A stretch of DNA of 63,633 bases, the filler included, from Chiloscyllium plagiosum (Eukaryota), in assembly GCF_004010195.1 (NCBI RefSeq). It is 4 parts of one record of this genome, joined end to end, with 100 filler letters (N's around TTAATTAATTAA, not from the genome) between each part and the next. Parts side by side here need not be neighbours in the genome. Positions count along the whole stretch, not along the records: positions 1 to 31,964 come from NC_057715.1; 3 more parts are not named here. One strand, written 5' to 3'. The translations under genes and the position numbers were made by a program. Positions 1-10,934 of this stretch are shown in pieces (positions within the stretch are counted from its first letter, which is position 1; each line of letters opens with the position of its first letter). The notes beneath the pieces were generated by a model. The model was not told where the DNA came from, did no database searches, and saw only the letters and a list, made by a program, of their open reading frames with translations.

Positions 1-831
1 GATTTTAGATTTAGATTTAGATTTTAATGTCACATGCACTCAAGCACAGAAGTACAGGAGTCCACTGAAAAGTGTAGAATGTTGTCACACCAGGTACAAA
101 GGTACCTGGGGACAAAAAACTTAGCTATCAAGTAGTAAACAAAAAGTTTTAAGAAGTTAAGCATTAACTTCATAAAATAAGTACAAAAAGAAAGAAATAA
201 TGTAATAATAAACATTAAAGCTCTTCTAAATATAAACTAGAAAAATAGGAATAAATTTAAAAGCTCAGCAGTCTTTTATGAGTCCTCCACTTAGCTCACT
301 GTCCAAGAGACCTCAGCTTCTTGATCTCGACACCACTGCTGCAGATACTGGGGGGGAGTTCTCTCACCGCTCACTCATCCCACTTTGGCCATGATGCCAT
401 CGTTGCTGCTGCCACCTCTCCGATCATCCCCTGGTGCCGCCAGAACACGCCGAGCAAGACCCCTGTGCATTCCAAGATACCACCACACTGGGCCGAAAGA
501 CTGCCACGCTGGGCTGAGGTACTACCGTGCCGAGCCAAGAGGCCATCACCTGGGCCAAGATACCACCACACCCAGCTAAGATGCCACCACGCTGGGCCAA
601 GAGACCACCATGCCAAGCCGAGATACCACCACGCTGGGCTGAGATATCATCATGCCCACCCAAGAGACCGCAACGTTGGGCCAAGAGACTGCCATGGACT
701 GCCAATGGGATACCTCCCAGGCCCACACTGAGACTGGAATTGAAGAAAAGAAGCACCAAGAGAGATAAAAAGAGAAATAAATGGACAGAGCAGACGAGCT
801 CTGCCTGAAGCATCCTACTCTGCCACCATCT
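1..831 (-). mobile_element. Non-autonomous retroposon: AGATGGYGGC-like 5' start, internal 21-bp repeat, Rex1/RTE-like 3' end with (TAAATC)n tail
   Basis: The minus strand begins agatggtggcagagtagg (~831) and ends cttttcagtggactcctgtac...gtgacattaaaatctaaatctaaatc (1). The 3' end matches 16836-16945 on plus. No coding capacity. Confidence 0.5.
472..701. repeat. 21-bp minisatellite, ~11 degenerate units of CCAAGATACCACCACGCTGGG
   Basis: Direct tandem periodicity; explains the repetitive ORFs at 321-873. Confidence 0.9.
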
Positions 832-1239
832 CGGATATCCTGAAACAATAGCTATAAGGATGGACAGCATCACAGAACCGTTACAGTCCAGGAGGTAGCC
901 ATTCAGTCCACTTTGCCTTCCTAGCTATCTGAATGAGCAATATGAGTCAGTGTCATTCTCCTGCATTTCTCCATAACCCTAAATAGTTTCAATTTGAATA
1001 CTAATCAAACACCTTCATAAATGCCATGAGTGAGTCTGCTTCCACCATAATTCAATGAGGCAGTGTGTGTTCCAGGCCCTCACCATACGTTGCGTGAAAA
1101 AGTGAATGAGATGGGCAAGTTACCTTATAGCTACACCATCTCATTCTTGATCCTTTTATGAGATGGATAAGGAGTTTCTCCCAATCGACCCAGTCCGGGT
1201 CCACCATGATTTTAAAGACTTCATTCAAATCACCAGGAC

Positions 1240-1435
1240 CAAAGATTTGCAGGTTAGGTGGATTGGCCATGCTAAATTGTCCAGAGTATCCAGGGATGTG
1301 CAGGCTGGGTGGATTGGTTATGGGAAATATAGGGTTATGTAGATAGAGTGAACTGGGATGAGATGGTCCTTGGAGTGTCAGTGTGGACTTAATGGGCCGA
1401 CTGGCCCACTTCCAAACTTTAGGGACTCTATGATT
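1240..1435 (+). mobile_element. HE1-type V-SINE, 5'-truncated
   Basis: V-domain motif ggttaggtggattggccatgctaaattg plus CR1-like 3' tail. Confidence 0.8.
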
Positions 1436-1842
1436 CCATGCCTGGATGCACCCAAGGATATTGAAGGTGGTGAGAGTGGAAATTGCAGACACATAACTCT
1501 TCCCTTGACTTGGAGTTGGTGCCAGAGGACTGATGAATTGCAAATGTAACGTTCCTATAAAAATTAGCCCAGCAATTTCTGACTGATCCGTTCAACTTGA
1601 GCAGTTCTTGAAACAATTATTCGGATAGAATTAATAGACAGATGAAAAAAAGAAGCCTTAGTTCATGACGAAGAGCTAGCCCAGAAATGTCTTAAGGGAA
1701 ATACCTGTTTGGATAACTTACCAAGGATTTTTGACAAGGTAACAGCAGGACTGATGTGGACAGTGACCCCAAAAGGCATCCAATAAAGTATCACAACACA
1801 CACCTGTGGAATAATGCCAAAACTATAGAGGCTGACTAACTG

Positions 1843-2475
1843 AAACAAAAGTAAAAATTGCTGGAGAAATTCAGCAGGTCTGGTAGCATCTAGGGAGAGA
1901 GAGCAGAGTTAATATTTCGGGTCCAGTGACCCTTCTTCAGAACTAAATTGTAGCTAGGGAAAGGTGGTGTACAGTCGAACCTCAATTACCAGAGTGAGGT
2001 GGGCAGGGAGTATTGATCGTTTGGATAATTGATCGTTCAGATAACCAATCTGATCGTTAACAAGCAGTAATTTGAGTGCAAATTATTGTACATTTCTCAG
2101 TTATCCAGCAATGCATGCCATAATGCCATTTAATTGATACTAAATGCCGAGTTGCCTAATGCCATTTTTACAAGACCTTGCCACCTTGTTTGGATAATCC
2201 GAAATTCCGAAATTGATGTTCGGATAATCGAGGTAATATAGTACAGGTTGAAATAGAGGTTGTGTGGAAGATGTAAAGAAGTACACTTCAGAAATCCCTC
2301 TGGGCTCCGTTTCCCCCTCTATCATTGACTACTTTACACTCTCCACCCCTGTCTTCAGTTTATATATCAGCTTTCCCAGCTACAGACTAACACTACCGAA
2401 GGATCCAAAACATTAACTCTGTTTTGTCTCCACAGATGCTGCCGGGTCGGCTGAGTTTCTGTTTTAGTTTCAGAC
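1843..2475. mobile_element. Penelope-like (Neptune-type) terminal-repeat foldback, old
   Basis: Inverted arms gctggagaaattcagcaggtctggtagcatc (1860-) and gatgctgccgggtcggctgagtttct (2435-). Degenerate hammerhead on minus at ~1910-1940. Confidence 0.75.
1972..2241. mobile_element. Tigger/pogo-type MITE nested in the PLE foldback
   Basis: Termini ta|cagtcgaacctcaattacc and cggataatcgaggtaatatag|ta resemble pogo terminal inverted repeats, with a TA TSD. Confidence 0.7.
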
Positions 2476-2481
2476 TTTAAT

Positions 2482-3040
2482 GTCATGTTACAACTGAACA
2501 GGACATTAGTTAGGGCCACATTTGGAATATTGTGTTCAATTATAGCCTCCCTGCCATAGAAAAAAGGTTGTTAAAAATTAAAGTGTTCACAAAAGACCTA
2601 CAATGATGTTGCCGGGGTTGAAGAGTTTGAGCGATAGGGAGAGGCTGAATAGACTGGGGCTGTTTTCCCCGGAGTGTCAGAGGCTGAGGGGTGACCTTAC
2701 AGAGGCGCATAGATAGGGTGAATAGACAAGATCTTTTTCCCAGGGCAGGTGAGTCCAAAACTAGAGGGTGTAGGTTTAAGATTAGAAGGGAAAGTTTTAA
2801 AAGGGACCTAAGGGGCAACCTTTTCACGGCAGAGGGTGGTACATGTATTAAATGAGCTGCCAGAGGAAGTGGTGGAGGCTGGTACAATTACAACATTTAA
2901 CAGGCATCTGGATGGGTATGTGAATGGGATGGTTTAGAGGGATATGGGCCAAATGCTGGTAAATGGGACGAGAATAATTTAGGATATCGGCATAGACAAG
3001 TGGACCGAAGGGTCTGTTTCCCAGCTGTATATCTCTATGA
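2482..3040 (+). mobile_element. CR1 LINE, 3' fragment (RT C-terminus and 3' UTR)
   Basis: LxRTLVRPHLEYCVQ-like coding, followed by the standard tail ggtctgtttcc...ctctatga. Confidence 0.9.
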
Positions 3041-3139
3041 TGAAAGACATGCAATACAAGGGACTGTCCCAATTATAACTACTTTACAATGTTGTACCTG
3101 TGTATAATTTCCCTGCTGATTTGTTCCTGTACTTCCTTC

Positions 3140-3495
3140 TCACTAATTGGAGGTATTTATAAGCAAAAACAGGGTAGACAAAGATAAACTATTTCCACTG
3201 GTTGGAAATACTAACACAAGGGGGCATGGGCTGAGAATTAGAGCCATAGCATTCAGGAGAGATTTAAGGAAGCATTCTAACTCGCAAAGGGTTTTTGGAA
3301 ATCTCTTCCACAAATGGGAGTGGATGCTGGATGAGTTGTTAATTTTACGTTGGGATAGGTACACTTTTGTTCAGCTAAAGTAATAAGGAATATGGGCAAA
3401 GCCAGGTATATGGAGTGGGGCCTCGTCTCAGCTATGATATCATTGAATAGTGGAATAGCCTTAAGGGGCTGAATGGCCTCCTCCTGTTCCTATGT
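3140..3495 (+). mobile_element. CR1 LINE 3' fragment (older subfamily)
   Basis: ORF 3147 RVDKDKLFPLVGNTNTRGHGLRI; tail gctgaatggcctcctcctgttcctatgt. Confidence 0.85.
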
Positions 3496-3659
3496 CCCCA
3501 CATGTTGTTATTGATGCAATATGATTGTGCCATTTTTGTTCTGTATTTGTAAAACTCACTGTACTCTTGAATTCTCTGGGACATCCTTTTTTCCTTCACT
3601 ACAGTACTCTCCTATACTACCCTTCTTCCTCTTTTTCCTTTCCTATTTTCGCTGAACCT

Positions 3660-3880
3660 TGGAATAATTCCCCAGAGGTTGGTACCTCGTCAGCAAGTCA
3701 CCCTTTATTTACACATGATCTGTCCTTGACTATCGTACTGCCTCACACAGAGTCAAGTAGCATACTGTCAGTAACTTACCCTTTTTAATCTGTCAGCCAG
3801 AGCTCCCTGATTAGACCAGACTAACAGCCCCATTTAGGGAACTCATATTCTATAGTGTCCAGTTGGCTTACCTCATTACA
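3660..3880 (-). mobile_element. Solo Gypsy LTR
   Basis: Minus strand runs TGTAATGAGG...AATAAA...TTATTCCA and is homologous to the LTR at 5883-6111. Confidence 0.8.
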
Positions 3881-4074
3881 ATCACTATAATCATCTTGTA
3901 CCTGGAAACATTTAGTACTCAGTCCTGCCCTTTGTTGAACATTGTTGCTGTTATTGCATCCTGGAGTTGCATGTATATCCACAGAAACACCTATCATTTC
4001 CCCAAATGAAGGAATCCTCTTTTGTTACAGCTTTCCAACTCAGCTTCCTTCCATCCTGTACAGCTCAGTCATCA

Positions 4075-5144
4075 GAGTTGAAAAGTGTGGTGCTGGAAAA
4101 GCGCAGCAGGCCAGGCAGCATCCGAGGAGCAGGAGAATCGACATTTCGGGCATAAGCCCTTCTTCAGGAATGAGGCTGGTGTGCCAAGCGGGCTGAAATA
4201 NNNNNNNNNNNNNNNNNNNNNNNNNNNNNNNNNNNNNNNNNNNNNNNNNNNNNNNNNNNNNNNNNNNNNNNNNNNNNNNNNNNNNNNNNNNNNNNNNNNN
4301 NNNNNNNNNNNNNNNNNNNNNNNNNNNNNNNNNNNNNNNNNNNNNNNNNNNNNNNNNNNNNNNNNNNNNNNNNNNNNNNNNNNNNNNNNNNNNNNNNNNN
4401 NNNNNNNNNNNNNNNNNNNNNNNNNNNNNNNNNNNNNNNNNNNNNNNNNNNNNNNNNNNNNNNNNNNNNNNNNNNNNNNNNNNNNNNNNNNNNNNNNNNN
4501 NNNNNNNNNNNNNNNNNNNNNNNNNNNNNNNNNNNNNNNNNNNNNNNNNNNNNNNNNNNNNNNNNNNNNNNNNNNNNNNNNNNNNNNNNNNNNNNNNNNN
4601 NNNNNNNNNNNNNNNNNNNNNNNNNNNNNNNNNNNNNNNNNNNNNNNNNNNNNNNNNNNNNNNNNNNNNNNNNNNNNNNNNNNNNNNNNNNNNNNNNNNN
4701 NNNNNNNNNNNNNNNNNNNNNNNNNNNNNNNNNNNNNNNNNNNNNNNNNNNNNNNNNNNNNNNNNNNNNNNNNNNNNNNNNNNNNNNNNNNNNNNNNNNN
4801 NNNNNNNNNNNNNNNNNNNNNNNNNNNNNNNNNNNNNNNNNNNNNNNNNNNNNNNNNNNNNNNNNNNCTTCTTCCTGACCTCTCCACCCCCACCCCCTCT
4901 CCGGCCTATCACCCTCAACCTCACCTCCTTCCACCTATCGTATTCCCGATGCCTCTTCCCCAAATTCCCCACCCCGCCACCTTTTTATCTCAGCCCGCTT
5001 GGCACACCAGCCTCATTCCTGAAGAAGGGCTTATGCCCGAAACGTCGATTCTCCTGCTCCTCGGATGCTGCCTGGCCTGCTGCGCTTTTCCAGCACCACA
5101 CTTTTCAACTCTGGTCTCCAGCATCTGCAGTCCTCACTTTCTCC
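4075..5144. mobile_element. Penelope-like (Neptune-type) foldback insertion with 14-bp TSD; centre in gap
   Basis: TSD cagctcagtcatca at 4061-4074 and 5145-5158; near-perfect inverted arms. Confidence 0.9.
5019..5046 (+). ncRNA. Minimal type I hammerhead ribozyme motif (PLE family A)
   Basis: CTGAAGA-A-GGGC(TTAT)GCCC-GAAA-CG-TC; intact core. Confidence 0.75.
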
Positions 5145-5882
5145 CAGCTCAGTCATCACGAGAGCAATGCATTCCTCTGAGGAACCATTGCCTTCAATAA
5201 CAGAGTGTGCAAAAGTGCTTATCGAGTGGAACGTCAAGGAAATCCTGGCTGTTTCTCTTAGACTGCCTGGCATTCCCTATCTGCCTGAACACCCTTCCCT
5301 GGACTCTGACCACCTCTCTGATTGTGCTAACTGTGACAGCACATGATAAAGGAAGAACGATGGAAGCAATAGCTCATAATAAGAGTCAACACGGACAGGA
5401 CAGTCGAGTAGTCAAAGTAGGCAGTTTCTTAGTTTGAAGGATCAATGGTTCCATCAGTCATCTTCTTTAAATGCTTCATTTAATATGGGGGAGCATGTGA
5501 CCTGGTGGTTAATTAGAGGTGTCTATGTGTGACTCGACCTTAATAAGCTGATTGTGTTCTGTTTAATGACTTGTAGCTTAATATACTTCAGCCACAGCCT
5601 AACACCACCACTAATTGATCATTGCATTTGAAGCAATTTGTTCTATGTAGAGCCCTTTGAGGCATCGCTGAAAAGTGGTAAGCTGTTATATTATTTCAAG
5701 TTCCTGTAGTTTTAGCAGAGAAAGAGACAGTAAGTTAGATTTTCTGGCACCAGGACCCTGACATCAGGACCATTTCCAGGTCTTGATTTCTCCAATGTCC
5801 AAGTCCCATCCATCTATTGTCATGGGAGAGGATGACAATTAATACAACACTCACGCAGAAGTATCTTCCAATGAGGGTGAAT

Positions 5883-7480
5883 GGTAACGAGGTCAGCCAG
5901 CTGGTCCTCATAGAATCTGAGTTCCCTGATTTGGGCTGTTAATCTGCTGTAATCAGGGAGCCCTGGCTGACAGATATCAACAGGGGTGTGTCAGAGATAC
6001 TGACACTTTGATAGCTGACTCTGAGTGAGACAATACTAAAGTCAAGGACTGTTCATGTGTAAATAAAGGGTGACTTGGTGATTGGATACCAACCTCTGTG
6101 GAGTTATTTCAGTGGTGACAAGAGTAAAGCACATTCCTGAGGAAACTTGCTCACAATATTCATCTGTGAGCTCGGGTAAACATTTCTTACATCAATACCT
6201 TTATGGTTGAAAATTTGTGATAATCACAGACCACGAACCCCTACATGGTCTGCTTAAAGAGGACAAGATGTGGAGATGCCGGTGTTAGACTGTCGTGAAC
6301 AAAGTTCAAAATCACACAACACCAGGTTATAGTCCAACAGTGCCACCCATAGCTTCAAGCCACATTCAGCAGTGAGTTCTAATACTAAGGGATGATAATT
6401 CCGAGTTAGAGCACCATTTGAAAAGCCGAGTAGTGAATGTCGATGTATCGAGCTGCCTTCCACCTGCAGACACACCACCGGTCATACCCCAATGGAAGAG
6501 TCTGTAATGATATTAAATTCTCTGGACACACTCCCAGTCACAGCTGACAATATCAGACTTTGGACATATAAAGATCCAGTCATAGAGTCATAGTCATAGA
6601 GATATACAGCANNNNNNNNNNNNNNNNNNNNNNNNNNNNNNNNNNNNNNNNNNNNNNNNNNNNNNNNNNNNNNNNNNNNNNNNNNNNNNNNNNNNNNNNN
6701 NNNNNNNNNNNNNNNNNNNNNNNNNNNNNNNNNNNNNNNNNNNNNNNNNNNNNNNNNNNNNNNNNNNNNNNNNNNNNNNNNNNNNNNNNNNNNNNNNNNN
6801 NNNNNNNNNNNNNNNNNNNNNNNNNNNNNNNNNNNNNNNNNNNNNNNNNNNNNNNNNNNNNNNNNNNNNNNNNNNNNNNNNNNNNNNNNNNNNNNNNNNN
6901 NNNNNNNNNNNNNNNNNNNNNNNNNNNNNNNNNNNNNNNNNNNNNNNNNNNNNNNNNNNNNNNNNNNNNNNNNNNNNNNNNNNNNNNNNNNNNNNNNNNN
7001 NNNNNNNNNNNNNNNNNNNNNNNNNNNNNNNNNNNNNNNNNNNNNNNNNNNNNNNNNNNNNNNNNNNNNNNNNNNNNNNNNNNNNNNNNNNNNNNNNNNN
7101 NNNNNNNNNNNGGGGGGTGGGGGGAGGGTGGAGGATGAAATGCCATAGGAACACCAAAGCCTGACAGAAGACTCCGGCAAGCGAGAGAGTCAGTTTGATA
7201 CAGGAGATAAAATTTGGTGCGAGAATCACAGAAATGGCCCCGTATGGGTAAGAGGTGTGGTCAACGGGAGGTCAGGGCCAGTGACATACGAAGCATGAGT
7301 AGGTGAGACGGTCCTGAACGAGTACAGGAACCACATGCAAGCCACGAATTTGCAAACAGTGTGGGAGCAAAATGTGTCCTACCCCTCAGACAATTGGAAG
7401 GGTTGCAGACCCCATGGGTTCAGTCACTCTTTCAAGCATTGTCGAGTCCTCAGAATCAGAGTTGGACATAACGGATGGTA
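5883..7480 (+). mobile_element. Decayed Ty3/Gypsy element: 5' LTR, primer-binding site, RNase H and integrase C-terminal fragments
   Basis: LTR 5883-6111 ends TTCA and is followed by gtggtgacaagag (TGGCGACGAG-type PBS). 6341-6580 encodes VPPIASSHIQQ*VLIL...LPVTADNIRLWTYKDPV (RNase H end). ~7180-7340 encodes FDTGDKIWCENHRNGPVWVRGVVNGRSGPVTY (integrase C-terminus). Confidence 0.8.
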
Positions 7481-8466
7481 AAACTGCAGATATGAGCAAC
7501 TGGACCACAAATTTGCATTAATATTCAAAATCATCGACGTGGTAATGCCTCTTCGGATATCTACTTCTGAAAAATTGTGCATCAGAACAGCGGTAACAAT
7601 GCATTCCAGCTTTCAAACCTGACTCCACCTCCTTGGCAATGTGCAGTCCAAATCTGTCTGACTCTATCATTAGTAAAGGGATTACTTGAGTGGCTGTTCC
7701 TATCAATTGAATACTGTGCATGTGAACTTTCCACAGTGCTCACACATGCCAAGTATGTTTCTTTTTGAAAGTGCAAATACGCTTTCCAACACAAATTTTT
7801 TTTGTCAATGTATTGCATATACTCCCCCAAGGGTCAGTGCCAGGAGTACTGTTGTTTTATTTGTTTTATATAAATGACTTGAATCTTGGAATAGGGAGTA
7901 AAATACCAAGATTTGGTGATAATATTTTCAATGTGGAGGAGCAGCAAACTGCCAGGCTAATACAAATTGGCCGCAGCCAGATCTAGATGGGCTAGAAATA
8001 TGATCAGACAAGTGATAGATGGAATCTAATGCAGAGAAATGTGAGTTGTTGCATTTTAGCAGAAGGATAGAGAGTGACAGCCAATATAGACTTGACCCAC
8101 AGTTCTAAAGACCATAAGACAGAAGAGTAGAAGTAGGCCATTCAGCCCATCGACTCTGCTCGAGCATTCAGTGAGCCCATGCTGATCCTCAACTCCATCT
8201 TCCTGCCTTTCCCCATAATCCATAATTCCCCTTACTGATTAAAAATTGATCTCAGTCTTGAATGTACTTAATGACCCAGCCTCAACAGCTGTCTGTGTAT
8301 TCAGCAAATGCAATCACTGCTCACAATGTCGTCTCCGCAACATTTGGGAGATGAAATGCAGACTGAGTGACCACTTTGCGGAACATCCACTTTCTATCCA
8401 TAAAAATGACCCTGAGCTTCCAGTTAACTGCCACTTCAACACACCATCCTGTTCCCTGGCCAACAT

Positions 8467-9380
8467 AGAACAGTACAGCACAGTACAGCCCTTTGACCCT
8501 TGATATTATGCTGGCCTTTTATCCTACTCTAAGATCAGACTAACCTACATACCCTTCATTTTACTAACATGCATACACATATCCAAAAGTCACTTAAATG
8601 TCCCGACTGTATCTGACTCTACTACTGTCTCCAGCAGTGCATTCCACACACACCCACCACTCTCTGTGTAAATAACCTCCCTCTGACATCTCCCCTAAAC
8701 CTTCCTCCAATTACCTTAAAATTATGCCCCCTCATGATAGACATTTTCACCATGAGAAACAGTGAAACTATGCATTCAAACTATGCCTCTCTACATCTTG
8801 TACACCTCTATCAAGTCACTGCTCATCCTTCTTCGCTCCACTGAGAAAAGCCCTGGCTCCCTCAACCTTTCTTCATAAGACATGCCCTCCATACCAGGCA
8901 GCATCCTGGTAAATCTCCTCTGGACCCACTTTAAAGCTTCCACATCCTTCCTATAATGAGGTGACCAGAACTGAACTCAATATTCCAAGTGTTGTCTAAC
9001 CAGGGCTGAACAGAGCTGAAGCATAACCTTGTGGCTCTTAAATTCAATCCTCCTGCTAATTAAAGCCAGTACATCATACACCTTCTTAACAATCCTAGCA
9101 ACCTGGGTGGCAACTTTAAGGGATCTATGGACATGGATCACAAGATCCCTTTGTTCCTCCACACTGCCAAGAACCCTGCCTTTAACCCTGTATCCTGCAT
9201 TCAAAGTAAATAACTTCACACTTTTCCAGGTTGAACTCCATCTGCCACTTATCTGCCCAGCTCCGCATCCTTTCAATGTCCCATTGCAAACTCCAACAGC
9301 CCACAACACCATCCTCAACTCCTCCAACCTTCATGGCATCAGCATACGTACTCAGCCACCCTTCCACTTCCTCATCCAAG
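8467..9380 (-). mobile_element. CR1 LINE 3' fragment
   Basis: YADAMKVGG (YADD-like), WADKWQMEFNLEKCEV, ALVRQHLEY on minus. Confidence 0.92.
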
Positions 9381-9800
9381 ACATTTCTATCTCAGACTTG
9401 CTCCAGTGCTCCAGTAAAGCTCAGCACAAGCTGGACGAAAGCAGCACTTCATCTTCAACCTAGATCAGGACTCAACATCAAGATTAATCATTATAGAGCT
9501 TGAACACACTCCTGCCAGGCATACTACCTACCTCCGCAACCCCGAGCACTCTCATGATATGAGTTATCTTCAGTACAGCCAACCTATTTTCCACAACTCA
9601 TAGCACGTCTAACTTCTCTTCTTCCCTGGCTTACTATCAACAATACTTTTATCTGCCTATCTCTCTCTCTCTCTCTAGGTTCCCTTTCCACCTACCCACT
9701 CACTCATTTTCCTCCTGCATTCCCTGCATCAGCAGAAATACTATCTTTTCCTGGCCACAGTCAGTTCAGGGAAAGGGTCACTGGTCCTGAAACATTAATT

Positions 9801-10024
9801 CTGGATTAGTGGTGCTGGAAGAGCACAGCAGTTCAGGCAGCATCCGAGGTGCTGGAAGAGCACAGCAGTTCAGGCAGCATCCGAGGTGCTGGACGAGCAC
9901 AGCAGTTCAGGCAGCATCCGAGGTGCTGGAAGAGCACAGCAGTTCAGGCAGCATCCGAGGAGCTCTTCCAGCACCACTCTACTCCAGAATCTGGTTTCCA
10001 GCATCTGCAGTCATTGTTTTTACC
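9801..10024. mobile_element. Short PLE foldback with four internal 37-bp tandem repeats and 12-bp TSD
   Basis: TSD gaaacattaatt at 9789-9800 and 10025-10036; repeat units start at 9811, 9848, 9885 and 9922. Confidence 0.88.
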
Positions 10025-10934
10025 GAAACATTAATTGTCTTGCTCCCTCCACAGATGCTGCCAGACCCGCTGAGTTTCTCCAGCAGTTCCTGTTTTGCTT
10101 AGTTTCCATTTGTAGCTAATAATTCGAGCACAGAAACCTGCTTCATGCTTTCTCTCAAACTTGGTTTGAAAAAGAGGTAGGTTGGGGTGCAGTGCCTACT
10201 TTAACATTTGGAATGACAGAACCCAATTTACGATGCATTTCTCCAGTGGATGGTAACAAATGAAATATCTCCCTTAAGTGCTTCTTCGAAGTGCAATAAG
10301 ACAACGCTTGACCCTGAGACAAAGTGAGAGCTTTTAGAGCAGAAGGCGATATGCTTGGTGAAAGTGGTCCTTAAGGAATGCGATGGGGGAGAATGCAAAG
10401 GGAGACAGGTGGGAAGGTTTGGAAGGGGTTCCAGATCTTGGGGTCTTCCGCACCCTGGGTTCGATGGTGAAGTGATTAAAACCAGGGGTGGGCAAGTTGC
10501 CAGAATTAGATGAGTACAGATATGTGGGGCTGCAGGAGGTTACAGAGTTAGGAATGGCTGAAAGCTTCATTGAATGGTGCATGGCTTCTAGACAATCCTG
10601 CAGATTAGGCAACACTAAATTAGCTGCACTTTTTGCCTTAACACTCGGTTGGCTTTGAGCTATAGAGTGCTCGATATCTGGAATTAGCCACGACTGTGTT
10701 CAGAAATAGAAACATATTCAACTGGTTCATTATTGTAATGGTCCGAATTCCAATTGTGATTAACATGAAGGACATGCTTGTGTAACTAGCAATAGCAAGC
10801 GAAGATCAGAGAATACTCCGAAGAGTAATGAGAGTGCATGTGTCAGTAGTCTGATGATATACATGCAACTCTAAAATCAGCCGCCACACGCTGTTGAAAC
10901 TGAGAAGAGAGAAATAGACAAATCAAGGCACCAA

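Larger units (their letters stand above)
8296..10100 (+). mobile_element. Old Neptune-type PLE 3' part (GIY-YIG C-terminus and terminal repeat), interrupted by a CR1 and a younger PLE
   Basis: CSQCRLRNIWEMKCRLSDHFAEH...LPVNCHFNTPSCSL at 8296-8466; resumes at 9381. Degenerate hammerhead at ~9765-9800. Confidence 0.75.

Noticed and set aside
321..873. Overlapping 60-150 aa ORFs
   Set aside because: Produced by a 21-bp GC-rich minisatellite that lacks stop codons.
3660..6111. Two LTRs bounding one provirus
   Set aside because: They are in opposite orientation and diverged, and the internal sequence lies outside the interval; these are independent insertions.
4040..7229. Long ORFs of 190-370 aa (also 23925-24657)
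   Set aside because: Artefacts of translating N gaps.
7518..7721. 67-aa minus-strand ORF as a host exon
   Set aside because: No recognisable domain and no convincing splice-site pair.
9811..9960. CRISPR-like 37-bp repeats
   Set aside because: Units are contiguous with no spacers, derive from a PLE terminal repeat, and there are no cas genes in this vertebrate context.
10700..10920. Strong minus-strand splice acceptor (tctatttctctcttctcag)
   Set aside because: All three frames hit stops within ~90 nt and no partner exon is evident.
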